Source of the DNA: Takakia lepidozioides
Lineage: Eukaryota > Plantae > Bryophyta
DNA length: 64,000 nucleotides
Direction of reading: 5' to 3'
NCBI GenBank assembly: GCA_030704615.1
Contig: CM060731.1
Coordinates: 36,642,001 to 36,706,000, forward strand
The notes beneath the pieces are model-generated. The model searched no databases and was not told where the DNA came from. It saw nothing but the letters and a program-made list of their open reading frames with translations. This document shows, one piece after another, positions 49,258 to 62,500 of the stretch. A program made the translations under genes and the position numbers. Position 1 is the first letter of the stretch, and each line of letters opens with the position of its first letter.

Positions 49258-52200
49258 TCACCTCTGCTCAGAACCTGCCGGGGGCTTCCCTTGTTGCTGC
49301 ATTTGTTGCAACAGTGCAGCTGCTAGCTGCAATGTTGCTTGAAACCGTTTTGTCTGAGCATCTTCACCTGAACCTGAACCCTGGTTTTGACTTGCCCCTT
49401 GGGCATCTGGGCCAGTGCCATTTCCTCCCTGAGATGCCCCACCATCCCAGCCACCTCCTTGTGAGGGACCCTGATGCTGCTGCGGTTGCTGCTGTTGCAC
49501 AGCCTGGGGTGGCAGCTGTTGTGCTTGTTGCTGAGATGGGGCTTGTGACAGAGGTTGTGGTGGTAGCTGTGCAGGAGGGCCCTGCCCCCACTGAGGGTGG
49601 GAGAACTGCCCATAGTTGGGAGGTTGTGCCTGCTGAGAGAAAGCCTGAGGTGGCTGTATTGGAATTGATTGAGACTGGTGGGTAAAAGCTTGCTGGGGAT
49701 GATGCTGGGCTGAGAGAGATTGTGGGGGTTGACTAGGAGGCTGCTGTTGATAATGCTGTTGCAAAAGCTGCGCAGCTGCCTGCTGCTGAGCTGGTTGTTG
49801 CTGCCGCTGAGTTAGTAGTGCTGTCAACTGGGCCAGCTGGTCAGAAGGCAACTGTGGTGGTGCTCCCATTGGCTGCTGAGATGGCCTGGGCATCTGAGGG
49901 GGTGGTGGGAACTGTTGGCCACCAAATCCTGAAGGGCCTTGAAATCCTTGTGGTTGCATCTGCGGAGGTCCAGAGAAGCCTGTCAGGGCTGAAGGTGGCA
50001 CCCCAGAGACATGATGGGGGGGATGTGGCTGCAGTGGAGAATTTTGCTGGTGCTGTTGTGGTGGTGTTTGTTGCTGGTGCTGTTGGGGAGCAAACATAGA
50101 GCCCGGGTCTGAAGCCTGCGAATGGAAACCAGATTGTTGCTGATCTTGCTGAGTGTGCTGTGCAGGCGGCCACCCTTGGGAGGGTAGTGGTGGAGGATTG
50201 TTTTGCAGGGGAGGTCGGTACACTGGCCTCATATCATTCTGCTGTCCTGAAGCAGCTGGACCCCTTACCATGGGTGCACTCCCTGGAGCCGCACCCCCAT
50301 TCATGGAAAACATGGTCATCCCACCAGAAACCTGTGGAGGTATCGAGGTGGCATCAGTGCCAGTTGGAGCCTGGCTATGCTGCGGCAGAAGTGCTGTGAG
50401 GGATGCTATGAGCTCAGGTGTTAATACACCGGGGAGTCCAGCAATGCTTGCTAACTGAGATGGCGTAAGTGTGGAACTTAGGTTTGGGTTAGTGTTCACT
50501 CCATTTGCAGTTTGACCTGGCTGCTGCTGTCCTTGGGGCAGCTGCGAGGATCCCAGAAATGCAGTTGGTTCTTGAGTATGCGGACCATTCATCATGGGTG
50601 CACCAAGTTGCTGTGGGAATGGTGGTTGTTGTGGTGCTGTATGCTGTGCAGGCGGTTGCTGTTGTTGAGGGTAAGGGGAAGGGTGTTGAGGTTGAGGAGG
50701 AGCTTGCTGCTGCTGTGGTGGTGGGGTGTAGCCTGCGGCAGGGGCTGGCTGCGAAAACTTCAATACAACTCCAAACAGGCAATTTTGGCCAGGGACTTTG
50801 AGAACTCTCTCAGAGAACTCAGAAGGGGGAACAAGAAACAACGTCGTCCCATCTGCCAGTTTCGCAACACCAGCGCGATGCTTCTCTCCCAGATAATGCA
50901 TGAAGTCTTGGTACGGAGGGACGTCAGGATCCCCTTCAGGAACAAAGAAAACAACACCAAAATCACCTGCCTGGTATACATGCTTCGCCAACATGTCAAG
51001 GTCAGTGCGTGCAGTACAATTCACCACGTCCGGGCTGCAAAAACAAAACCCACACCATGACCATCATGATTAAGACCAACCTATGCAAGTAACCTGATTC
51101 CAGACAGTATTAACAAACTCTCCTCCACCTGCCAGACAGCTTTCCAAGAGATACATACAAAACTGCAACTACAGCTTGCAGCAAGAAAGCCAAATTAAAG
51201 CCACGGACGAAACCTCATTTCACCACTTAAGCTGCAAATCATGATTTCTAACACCCAAATGACATTCACAAAAGCAGTTGCCAAACCATTGAACATAAAA
51301 TAAGGTGTCCATGGAAATACGGGGATACGGAAAACTGATCGTGACGGACACTTACACAGTCACATCAATGCCTTTGCCAACAGGAAGGCAGCGGGCACGG
51401 CAAACAGGTGTGCCACCTTTGGCAATGGTACCATGCCACTGCCATCCCTCTCCAGTTGCACCGCTCTCCAAGCTGTACACTTCACGCTTTCCATACCCAG
51501 GGGGTACTGGACCCAGGCTAGGGGCAGGGCCCGGACCAGGACCGACAGTTGATGGCCGGGAACCATCAGATAATGGACGAGGAACATCAGTCAAAGCAGG
51601 GGTCCCACGAGGTCTTGGTCCCAATCCCTGGTTGTAGTCCGCAGTACCTGGCCCTCGAGAACTTCCATAGGCACCGACCGCTCCTGTTTCTCCAAAACCA
51701 GTACCTTCAGAGCCCCCATATTGGCGTAGCTCATACCTCGAGTCAAACCCGGGCGGTTCCATAGCTGCTCCAGGATATACCCGCAAACGCTTAGACTCCC
51801 TCGGCACAATTTCTTCCTCAGGCAGATCCCAGCCATCATCGAATGAAGATCTGCTGTCTGGTCTGCTCCCTGGTGCACCCCGTGCGAAGTCTATTTCATG
51901 CGTCCGCCCATCCCCTCGACCTATCACAGGTGCACTGTCAGAGCTCCGTGTGCTGCCACGGGGCGGCGTTCGCCCAAGACCAGCCATTAGTGCATCTGGC
52001 CGGTACTCTGGTCTCAGACCACCTATCCGACTGTTGGTAGCATTACCAGTCCTACCAGGGCTGCCAAACCGTTCACCACCTGATGAAAGACCCCCTCTTG
52101 GCCCCAGAGGACCTCCAACATTATCTGTTGGATAAACTTGTCCATCTCCTGTCCGCCGAGATGATGGAGATATGAGACCATCATTGCTGCGGTGAGTATC

Positions 52201-55200
52201 GCGCGGGTTATCCACGGGGCCAATCTCGCTCTTGGAAAACCGGATATGGACACGAGGGTCATTAAAGAGCTTGCCCTCAAGACTATCTTTTGCTCGGGTA
52301 GCATCATCCACTGATCTGAACTGAACAAATGCATATGTGCGACCCGGGAATGTTTTGACCCGTTCAATCTCCCCAAATGGCATAAAAGCCCTCCGAAGCC
52401 CCTCTTCGTCCACTTTGGAAAGCAAAGGAAACCCGACCCACAGAACCTCACTAGGACCCCCATCTTTGTCTGCCTTCCCACGTCCTTCTCCTGTGCTAGC
52501 TCCTCCACCCGCCTAAAACAACAAGGAGAACCAAGCCATCAGGGACAAGCAAGAACAACATAAATGGCGGAACGATCATGAGGCAGCTGTCTGCGGTCAC
52601 TTGCAAGATGAAGTATAGTATTTACATGTTATCAACATGCAAACCTACTTCTAGCAAATATCAAAAGGATGAAACAAGAAAACATTTCAGGTTATGCTAA
52701 AGGGACTAGCTTGAAAACCTGTGATGAATCCTGAGTTCCTCTGTAACCATCTGGGAGACTGCGATGAGTGCTTCCCCGTTCGTCCCCACGTAGTTCCTGC
52801 TTTCACAAACAGCAGACCAGGAGTGAGAGCAGGAAACCAATGACCAAAAATGAACAGCAAAGATCCTTTGCAAACGGAGGATAAGCCACAACACACCAGA
52901 AAATTTATTCGAATCCAGGACAACTACAAATGCTGCAGGGGGCTTCAAGCAGACACTGAATGATTGGAACTACATTCGAAACTGGGTAAAAGCTCCCAAC
53001 ATAAGTTTATCATTTCCACCAATTACTTATTATTTAGTAGTACTCAACATGCCCTGGTAGAATTACCTGTGATGACCTGCCAGCCACCCCCATTTCTTTA
53101 AAGCAACTTCTAAAGCTGTAGAACTTCAACATACCCTCTTTGGCGGCTGAGAACGCCCATAATCAACACGCAGTTCCTCGTCGCCAATGCGTTTACGATT
53201 GAGGGCCTCCACAGCAGCAACTGCGTCCTCCAGCTTCACAAAGTCTACAAATGCACAATTTCGATCTCGTAGCAGCTTGAAATCTTCCATAACTCCAAAC
53301 TTTTTAAACTCAGCCTCAATTTGCTCTTTCGTGATATTCTGGCCGATTCCCCCCACCCACAGATGCCGACTCTGCTTCGCCTGTATACAGAAGACAATCA
53401 AACTCGTCAATAATCTTCTTCAGACTGAAGTGGTGAAACACTACTTAATACACACAATTCGTCATTCATAAGTGTGTCAGTCAACCCTTACAAATGATGG
53501 TGCCTTGTCAGCTCCAGACTAGCAATTGGTTAAGCAAAAGAGCAGAGCCATCATCAAGAACCATGACTCAACACAATTATCTTGATTTGATCAGTCTGCC
53601 ACTCACCATATTACATCTTTGAATGCTACTCATTTCTGTGCAGGTGAGTCAAACTACAAGCTGCAATAAAACATCCACAGCACGTGCCACATATGAATGT
53701 TTCATTCCATAACTTAGTTTTGCAATTGGGACGGTTGGCACGTACAATCCTTTCGAAGTTAGAGTTCAAGTTTGTTCATAAAATAGGAAATGTTTCAGTT
53801 GCCAATTGAAGAGAGCCGTACTCTGTTCAGGACCGTGTTGTCGGCGCTCTCGTCGTATGCATAATCATTCCCGCGCCCTCTTGCTGGGGTATATTTAGTC
53901 AAGCGCTGAAAAATTGCAAGGGTTTAGGGTCTTCCCAACAAGCAGCATTGCTGTTCAGGGTTGAGGTTAAAACTAGGTCTTATTATGTCATTATGTAAGT
54001 TGCAATTAAAAGACAAGTGTTCTTCTATGTTTACCCAAGTTTATATCATTGTGGCTTGCTAATCAGGCTTTGGATAGCACCAGTTAGCTGTCATACAAAA
54101 AGCTCACTCCCAGTCTTGTCTGTCAAAACCAAGCTGAAACAGCCTAGCAAGCAAAAGAAGAGCCAGGCAAGGGGAAGAGTGGAGGGCTCAAATAACTTGC
54201 TTAACTCCACACAACAAGAACTCTCTATATGCCCCCACCCTGTTGCAACTGGTTGCAACAACGCAACAAACATCCTCAAACAACCTGCCCGCGGTGGGCC
54301 GCATATCAAGTTCGACCTCGAAAGGAGAGTTATTCCCCAATCTTTCACAAAACCAAAGTGCAGTTCAAATACATACATTTCTACAAACTGTCAGAGAATA
54401 AGTATTTACTACTCACCAACGTTTGAATACCCATCTTTCCGTAATGATGGGCTAAACTATTGTATGCTCTCAAGTGAGGAGACAGCAGAATACTTACCCC
54501 TTTTGCATACTCGATCCGCATAGCAAGACCACCAAGAATTATCCCCTGCAGACGATTCTTGGCCTCCACGGCATCTTCCTGATTTTTGAAGTTGACGAAA
54601 GCGTAATTTCTGGACGAATATACTGTGACACTGTCGATCTCACCGAATTGTGCAAACCTTTCTGTGAGAACTGCTTCTGAAATGTCTTGCGACACATTCC
54701 CCACCCACAGGTGCCTGGAAGGAGGCGATTCCTCCTGCTCCTCTCCTTTGCTGTTGTTGTAGGAAGGTTTCGAAACCGCGGGTGGCAACGGCTGCCGCCG
54801 GTCATCAACGCGTGGGCCATAGTCTACTGGAAAACCTCCTCTTAACGGTGGAGCACCCTGCACCCAAATCTAGCGCAACGTCAGGCATCTCCATGCATGT
54901 GAGGAAAAGCACAAACTAAAAGCGTGCATCTGTGCATGCAAAGTTCCAAGCAGACTGAGCGAGCTTCAGGATTCCAGGGACATCGTGCAAAGGTGTGAAG
55001 ACCCAGACAAGTTTGGCTAAAGTTACTGTCACCATCAGAAAAGCCTGGAACTTTGAACTAGGCCTCTTCAGCCTTCAAACTTCCCATACATAAATCCACG
55101 TCAACATGCAAAAACCACACCTACTAAAAGACCTCCAGACACTCGCACACACTCATTAAGATTTGCGAAACAACCAAGCATCTGCACCGGAAAAGAAGAA

Positions 55201-55265
55201 CCGGGCCCAAGCCTACGCACCCCAAATCCTGGAGCACTTGCGACGTCAGGCCTGAACTGCTGCAT
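49258..55265 (-). CDS. FPA: FPA-like SPEN-family RNA-binding protein (3 RRMs + SPOC + Q/P-rich tail)
   Basis: Approximate exons 55265-55221, 54857-54496, 53381-53134, 52512-51354, 51035-49258. PSRHLWVGN..SSRNYAFVNF, SRHLWVGG, FPGRTYAFVQF; SPOC WHGTIAKGGTPVCRARC, VNCTARTDLDML, TLFLVPPSEF. Confidence 0.93.
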
Positions 55266-55727
55266 CCTTCCACTCGTATCTCCTTTGAAACCTCCACTTC
55301 CAAAAAACCAACTACGAGACAAGCTATCTGAAAACTTCCAAGGTCCTAGGATTCGGAGTCAGTGAACAGAAAAATGGAGATTGTAAACCGATATTGCGTT
55401 GTGAAATATGTGAAAACAGTCTCCGCTCCTACCTAAACCAACACCTGCTCCTCCCGAGAAATATGCCAAGCATTGGCCTAACCCTAGAGCTAGAGAAGGA
55501 GGCGCTGCAAAGTAGAGACGCGCTTAGGAAAGAACAAACGGCCGCAGTCCTAGGCCACACAGCAATCCCGCACACAAAGCGATCGCCCCACCGAAAAGCA
55601 AACAACGTTGTGTGATGCAGCACAACCAGAGCTGAGGAAGAATGTAGGATGGCACATGGCAGCCATGCATGTCACATGGCCCCTAGGGGTACCTATACGC
55701 CTGGTACCTACACACTCCGTAAGTTAA

Positions 55728-56551
55728 CCCTTAAGTTCCCAAGCCCTTTTTTGACTTTTTACCAATTTTGGGTACCCAGCTGCAGTAAATTGCCCCTAGA
55801 AACCTACCAAAAATCATCCCGAGATTCCAGCCTTATAGCAATGGCCCAGCTCATTGATGCATGACATACCAAAAAAGGAGCCAAGTCCACCGTGGAAATT
55901 GTGAGATTATAGCGTAGGCCCGAACCTCAAATATGAGGTCCCAAAGAAAAAGTGAGAAAGAAATTGGTTTGACCAAATCAAAAAGTAGCTTTATCCAATT
56001 TTACTTGCCCCAAGACCCACCATTTCCAAATCAATAGTGGAGTGGCCATGACCCCACTAAATTGCAGGTCCAACTGATTTTTTCACCTATGGTTGCTTTA
56101 CATGCAATTACAGAAGGGTTGAAATCTCAAAATTGACAAGAGAAAATGTGCCTCCAAATGAAGTACTTTTTCTTCTACAAATTTTTTAAAAGCCAACGGT
56201 GGATGTGTGTATGTAATGCTCACACACCACAAGGTGAAGTGCTTTTCCCAAAATTGCTAATTTTCTGCCAAAAATGGCCTTCAGAGTGCAAACATGTTTT
56301 GGGCTTGTTTACCTGCCACATCAGCGTCAACAAGCCCTTTTCAGGCCCAAAACGTAAATGAGAGATCTAAGATATTTTTTGTAGGTCCAAGCTTTTGTTT
56401 TTTTTTTATTTTGTTTTTTTTTGCATCATACCCGAGACAAATCCCTTGTCATTAAACTTCAGGAGTGGACCCCATCAGATTAGATCTGCAAAAATTAGGT
56501 CGAACTGCAAATTCAAAGTGACCCGATTCAGGTCGCTTGGGAACTTAAGGG
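55728..56551. mobile_element. Non-autonomous piggyBac-like element (824 bp)
   Basis: Perfect 17-bp TIRs CCCTTAAGTTCCCAAGC / GCTTGGGAACTTAAGGG, flanked on both sides by TTAA (55724-55727 and 56552-56555). Confidence 0.8.
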
Positions 56552-57559
56552 TTAAGTACCTCCTCAAGCTGTACATACATCTCCTTTGTATGGGGGATTG
56601 TACCCCATCTCCTTTGGCTTTTTTTTCCAATTGAAAAGTCCAAAGCCCTAGTAAGAAGTTACACTACGAAGTTAACAATAACTTCTTCTTCTTTTTAAAT
56701 TAACAAACGGCTAGTCCCGTAGTGGCTCCACCGTAAAATTTAAAAAAAAAAAAAATTCTAGAGAACAAGGGGATTGTAGCCCTGGAAAACTTTATTGATA
56801 AAAGGTAAGGAAAAAATAACCTTACAGAAGCTATAAGCCATAGGAATGTGGTACCACTCCGAGCCATAAGTCCCGTAATTACAAAACTAGAAGGCTGGGG
56901 CTGGCGGTCCTGATTTTATTGAAATTTTTAAAATATATAAAATATAAAATTGTCATCAGAGTCTTGGAGGATACTAATAATTAAAAATAAATATAAACTT
57001 TAAAATCGAAATATTTTGTATTTTCATCTAGATGGAAAATAATGATAAAAATAAATAAATGCAAGGAACAAATACGAAAAGACAAAATTTGACTTTGATG
57101 GAATTGGAGGGATCAATGTATGAGACAAGGTTGTTTGTTTGTTTGTTTTTGTTTGTTTTGTTTTGTAGTGTTGAGATCTCCCAAACCGCGGGCCAGCCCT
57201 GGTGCTTGATACGGTTGGAAAGCCTCCCATGAGGAGGGGTGCACTCAGTTGGTCTCATAATTTTTGGACTCATGTGTGGAAGATATGGAATTTCAAGTAC
57301 TTTTGATCATCGGAAATTTGTGAAAAATAGCAAAGTGGGCTTTCCTGGAACAATGATGGGATACATTACTACTCAATAAAGTCATGGGAAAAAACCCCTC
57401 GCATACAAAGATGGATATCTAAGACCTCGACTTGGATACATATGGGATTGCACTTGGACTTAGATGACACTTGGGCCAACGGCACAAGCTACCCTAGTAA
57501 ATCTGAAAGAGAATTGCATATTAATACCAGAGCTCTAAAAATACAATAGCGCAAAGCAC

Positions 57560-57801
57560 TAAAGATTAAGGAGTTGATCAAAGATTTTGATCCAGTGGAT
57601 GTTTTTAACATGGACGAGACAGGATTGTTTTCTCGTTTGGAGCCAAATCGGTCCTTGGCTACTCATCGTTTGAGTGGGACCAAGCTACATAAAGAGAGAT
57701 TGGCTGTTGCTTTAACAAACAACATGGATGGTAGTATTAAACTACCTTCATATCAACAAGTACCTTTGGCCTATGGAGTACACAAACCTTACAGAAGATG
57801 A
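57560..57801 (+). pseudogene. pogo/Tigger-type (DDE_1) transposase fragment
   Basis: VFNMDETGLF..LEPNRSLA...SGTKLHKERLAVAL..NMDGS.KLP. Confidence 0.85.
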
Positions 57802-58199
57802 GCAGATAAGATCATTGGTAAAGATCTCCACTATCACCTAAATGGATGAGCTGCAATTGTATAAGGTTTCTGGATTGGTTTTTGAGCCGCTTTTGAATCA
57901 CTCTCTGATTCGGTAAATGCAACAAAAATATGACGGCGATGATTTTCCTAAGCAGGAACGTGGGATAAGGTAAGACTTAAAAAGGTCTAGAGAAGTTAAA
58001 AAAACCCCTATAAACTCCCTACATTGTTTGCACTTTAGCAGAATTTATACACCTCTTCATTAGGGTTGTTGATTCTTCTATCGATTCTTTCGCATTTGAA
58101 AACGACTTGATGCAGTTGTTTTACAGATTGTGAACGTTTGTTTCCAAGATGATTAAAATGTTGAAGTAAATTGTGAGGTTGTTAAGGTGCAACATCTGC

Positions 58200-58990
58200 A
58201 AGATGGCGCTATACCATGGCGGGGAGAATGACGTCGAGTTTGTGTTATACCGTCCAACTTCGAGGGATTCAGACTTGAAAGAAGTGCTCACGAGATATCC
58301 TAATATTTGCCCACTCCGTTTCACTGACTTGGTTGCTTTCCAAGAGATTTGCATGACGTACTAGAGGAGTTTGATTGAGGGGATACGGACATCTCAATAC
58401 TTGGCTTTTAGAGATGTAAAAAAAAAGACTATTGATGAGATTGACAGATGCACTAGGAGGGACATGGATGGCTACCACGCATGACGATTCTGTATGACGG
58501 AAGAGGTCGGGGTAAGAGAGTTTGCGAGGATGTTCAAAGGTAAGTTTGTTCATCTAGGTCTTCCCCGAAATGTGATTGTGAATCTTGGATCGGCCAGATT
58601 TGGAGATCCTTCACGTAGATCGAAGGAAAGAATGTAGCTTACAAATCTAGGTTTCATGGCATGGAAGGGGATTGGCCAACTTTTGTGATTGAATTTGGTG
58701 TATTAGAGTCACTTGTTGAGTTGCGTGCTGATGTAGTATTTTGGCTCACCAAAAGTGGTGGACAAACCCACATAGTCATCGTATTGATGATCAACAAAAT
58801 GACACGAGCTGAAATTCTTATCAAGCGGAGGGAGAATGTTCCTAGGACAGGACGGGTTTGTTTCACTTCTTGTCCCAACATAGGACTTATGCAGTCTATC
58901 ACTTTGCAAGCCAATGTTCAATGTAATGGTCATCCGCTTGTGATTCCTGCTGATAGAGTCTTTGATTTCTTCATGAAGACCATTGTGTAG
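58200..58990 (+). pseudogene. Degenerate Uma2/Crinkler-type restriction-endonuclease-fold protein
   Basis: LGSARFGDPSRRSKE..AYK followed (after a frameshift) by WPTFVIEFGVLESLVELRADVVFWLTKSGGQTHIVIVLMI. Confidence 0.5.
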
Positions 58991-61429
58991 TTAGTTTATT
59001 TTAGTTGTTCCTTGCTACACCATCTAATAACCAATAAAATCTTTGGTTTTTTGTTTTAAATATGGACTATGTATAGTTCATTTTTTATATACACCATAAT
59101 ACTAGACAATCAACCAAATAACACAAGTTAGATGTAAGTCCATGTTATAAGTTCCCTAGATAAAACTTGTAGTGAATACACATCCTTGGTAAACCCTGTA
59201 TTAAATTCTTTCAATTATTTTTATTGTATTATTATAAATTTTTATTATTTGATTATATATTATGTATTTATTGTAATAATACTCAATTTAAAGCTGAAAT
59301 TTGATTTTATATTTTCATATTGTCTTCTGTTGGTTACCTTTAATATTTTAGTCTATTATTTTGGGGAGTCGATCCCAAGATCGGTGTCTTTGCTCACCAA
59401 AGCATTAATATGTATTGGTGCTTCCTCCCCCATGATCCAAGGTTGATGTCCCCATCAACGTCTCTTCTGTTTTTGAGGTCGCCCTTCGAAAGCTGCAATC
59501 GCCTCGGGTGCGTTTCCCATTTCTGAGGCCCGTACCCAAGTTGTCTCCACTTGATGATAGCCCTTCCATTTCACAAACTCTGTTTCTCGAGTACGTGAAC
59601 AGAAGCACGTAGCTTCCGCGTTAGCCCGCATTACAAGACAACCCCCTCGGTAGCGCAATTATAGTACGCGCACGCGCCAGGTACGCACTAGTACATGAAC
59701 TCCCAAAGAATGCGCAAGTTTCTTTGCCCCTTAGATGGGAGTCGCCCGATTTCGGCACTACGCAAACACACGACTTGTCCAATTTACCTCTTCCTGCTTT
59801 TGTAAGCTAGCATGCATTCTACATACTAGCCAACCACGCCATGCATCACCATTCCAGACAAATTATGAAACAACACATTTGGAAATGATTTCTTTACAAA
59901 CAAGATTTGTACAACACAAGTCTTTGCAATTAGATTCATGAGCTAGATAAACCGGACTAAGCATGTCCACGTTTTCTCCACTTTTCCCCAACCTCAAGTT
60001 TTTTTAAGATCTTAGGTCACTTCAGATCAATCAAGTTATATATCATTTTCTATTGTTTTATATCCATTAAAGTTAAGATTGTAGATTTGGAAGTCTCGAT
60101 GTATAGATGAGTTTTTGGGATCCCTTTAGAGCTTCAAATTTGTGCCCTTCAAAAAATTTGTAGATATATTGTTGACTGAGGAGTACAAGGCTTTTGAGCT
60201 CTTGTGGAGAAAGTTGTTTATATATGTTTGGAAAAAATGACACAACATTCTTGCGGAATTTGACTTCATATTGGCCAAGGATGACATCATCTCCATTAGA
60301 TTCCAACACAAGAGTTTTCCGAGAGTTTTCCGACATGACAAATTTTCCAAACAATGAGAACTCCCACCTCGAAAGTGATCATCATGAGGATAATTGGTGA
60401 CAGATGAAGAAATTGCAAAAATCAAGGGATACCTAGATTTTGGTCCTTTTAGATAGTACACTCTTTCATCTCTTCCGTTTCTTGGTAAGAGGGCATTTTT
60501 GCTTTTTATCTTTGCATGTTTGCCTCTTTATCTTTTAATGTCTGCTCAAACTTTTTATAATGTCACCCACTATAGTGCTCCTTGAGGTGTTTTGAGACTT
60601 TCAGCTTGTGATGGTCTTGAATCTGTCTGATGTTGAGTTACATGTTAGTGGTTGTTTGCCAGTATTATAATTAGGTATGGTCTTATGCATGTGACATATA
60701 CTCTTGTGTGTATGTTGATGTTGTCGTGTATTGTGTGCAGGCATGTCAGAGTTGTTGAGTTTACAAGGGACCAGACTAACCAGCACAAATATATGCTGCA
60801 GGAAGGTGGAGTGCAAGGAGCAACAATTCTTTGGCAGCGATGGTATTTAGATTGATCGTAAAGCATTGCTCCAAAATTCTCTTTGTAAATATAGTGCCGT
60901 CCCCAAGCAAAATTTCCTTGTTACAAGATTTTGCGCTGGCCCAAGCAATTCGGGATTATAGCCCTCAACCGGGGGCGTTCTCGTAATCTGGGCATGGACA
61001 AGGGGTAATTGTCAAGCAGTTCACGAGAGGTAAAGTTCTTAATTCCTACCCTCGAACTTTCCTGGATTTTCGAATATGCCTTGGGCTCCGTCCTCCTCTT
61101 AAATCCAGGTGGGGTAAGAACTTCAGCTTTTACAAAGGGAGTGACCATGTAGTGATGCAGTGACCAAATATGATGGCGTTTGTGGGCATGTACAATATAC
61201 TTGAACTCAACGTTGAATGTGTAGAGTGCCGTGGAAATGTAATGGCTCTTATGTATGCGGCCAAAGAACTTATGAGTATACAATTGAGGTTCATAATGCA
61301 AGTCCATTCGTATATATTCTCTTTTCTGCAACATAAATATTTTTCCTTCCACTTTTCCTATGGCAAGTTTGGATGTGTGCTTTTGGTTCCTTGTTTGTTT
61401 CCCTTTATATTAATCCAGTCCCCTAGACC

Positions 61430-61890
61430 ATAAATTCCCTCTTTATTTCCCTATGCATTTAGGATATAATTTCCCTCTTGAAGTCCCCTGGAAATATCTT
61501 AACTTCTCTATTATTTCCCTTCGCATTAAAGTTCATATGGTATGAACTTCCCTCCTTGAAATTCCTACAATATAATTTTTCTCTTTATTTCCCTATGCAT
61601 TTCAGAATATAATTTCCCTCTTTGAAGTCCCTTGGAAATGTATGAACTGCCCTAGTTATTCCCTTTGCATTCAAGTCCCTAGGATATGAATTTCCCTCCT
61701 AAAATTCATAGAACCAAATTCCCTCTTTATTTCCCTATGCATCTTAGGATATAGTTTCCCTCCCTCAAATACATTAACTTCCCCCTTTGCATTCAAGTCC
61801 ATTTCCCTCCTAAAATTCATAGAACAAAATTCCCTCTTTATTTCCCTATACATTTTTGGATATAATTTCCCTCCCTCAAATACATTAACA
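61430..61890. repeat. Diverged tandem repeat (TTCCCTCTTTATTTCCCTATGCATT...GGATATAATTTCCCTC)
   Basis: Four visible copies near 61435, 61579, 61719 and 61830. Confidence 0.8.
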
Positions 61891-62500
61891 AGGCCAGTGT
61901 GTCGCCAACAATGGCTGATGGTGATGAAACATTTATGCGCCATGTCTTCTCGACATTTTTACAGCGTCGTAAACATCAACCTCCGGATCTGCACTCGATA
62001 TCAACATATCAATCTTTCGTGAAATAAGATCCTTGCGATAATACGTCTTGAATGTTTTTATGATTCCAGCATCCATATGTTGATAGTGGCTGGTGCAGTT
62101 AGGTGGCAGAAACTCGAGTCTGGTGACACGAATTTGTTCAACAATATATTCACCACCCAACCACTCAATGCCCTTCCTAGCTAGTGAGCAAGGGAACAAC
62201 CGGATCTTCTCCTGATCTGTTGCTTCATTGTAAATGGTGCACATTTTCTCAAATTGATTGAGATGAATATTTGGATCAGATTTCCCATCGTACAGGGGAA
62301 ATGGTGGTCGGGTTTTACTTGTTGCCAAAGCCATTGGTGTTGTTGGTGCAACTGGTGCTCCTAGTGCAACGGTTACTGCTGGTTGTCCAAACTGAAATGG
62401 TCTTGTGACCAGAGAAATTATCTAGAAGAAGTAGAACTTTCTTTTTCCCTGCAAGTCTCATTCTTCGCTCAAAGTCTAATAAAAATTTCTCAAACATTGA
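61885..62500 (-). pseudogene. pogo-type transposase fragment interrupted by a retrotransposon gag fragment (~62146-62395)
   Basis: KVLLLLDNFSGH | PPFPLYDGKSDPNIHLNQFE...KIRLFPCSL..KGIEWL | LEFLPPNCTSHYQHMDAGIIKTFKTYYR...TISHCWRHTG. Confidence 0.8.

Noticed and set aside
59400-61400. Assorted 60-140 aa ORFs
   Set aside because: No recognisable motifs; likely decayed repeat sequence.
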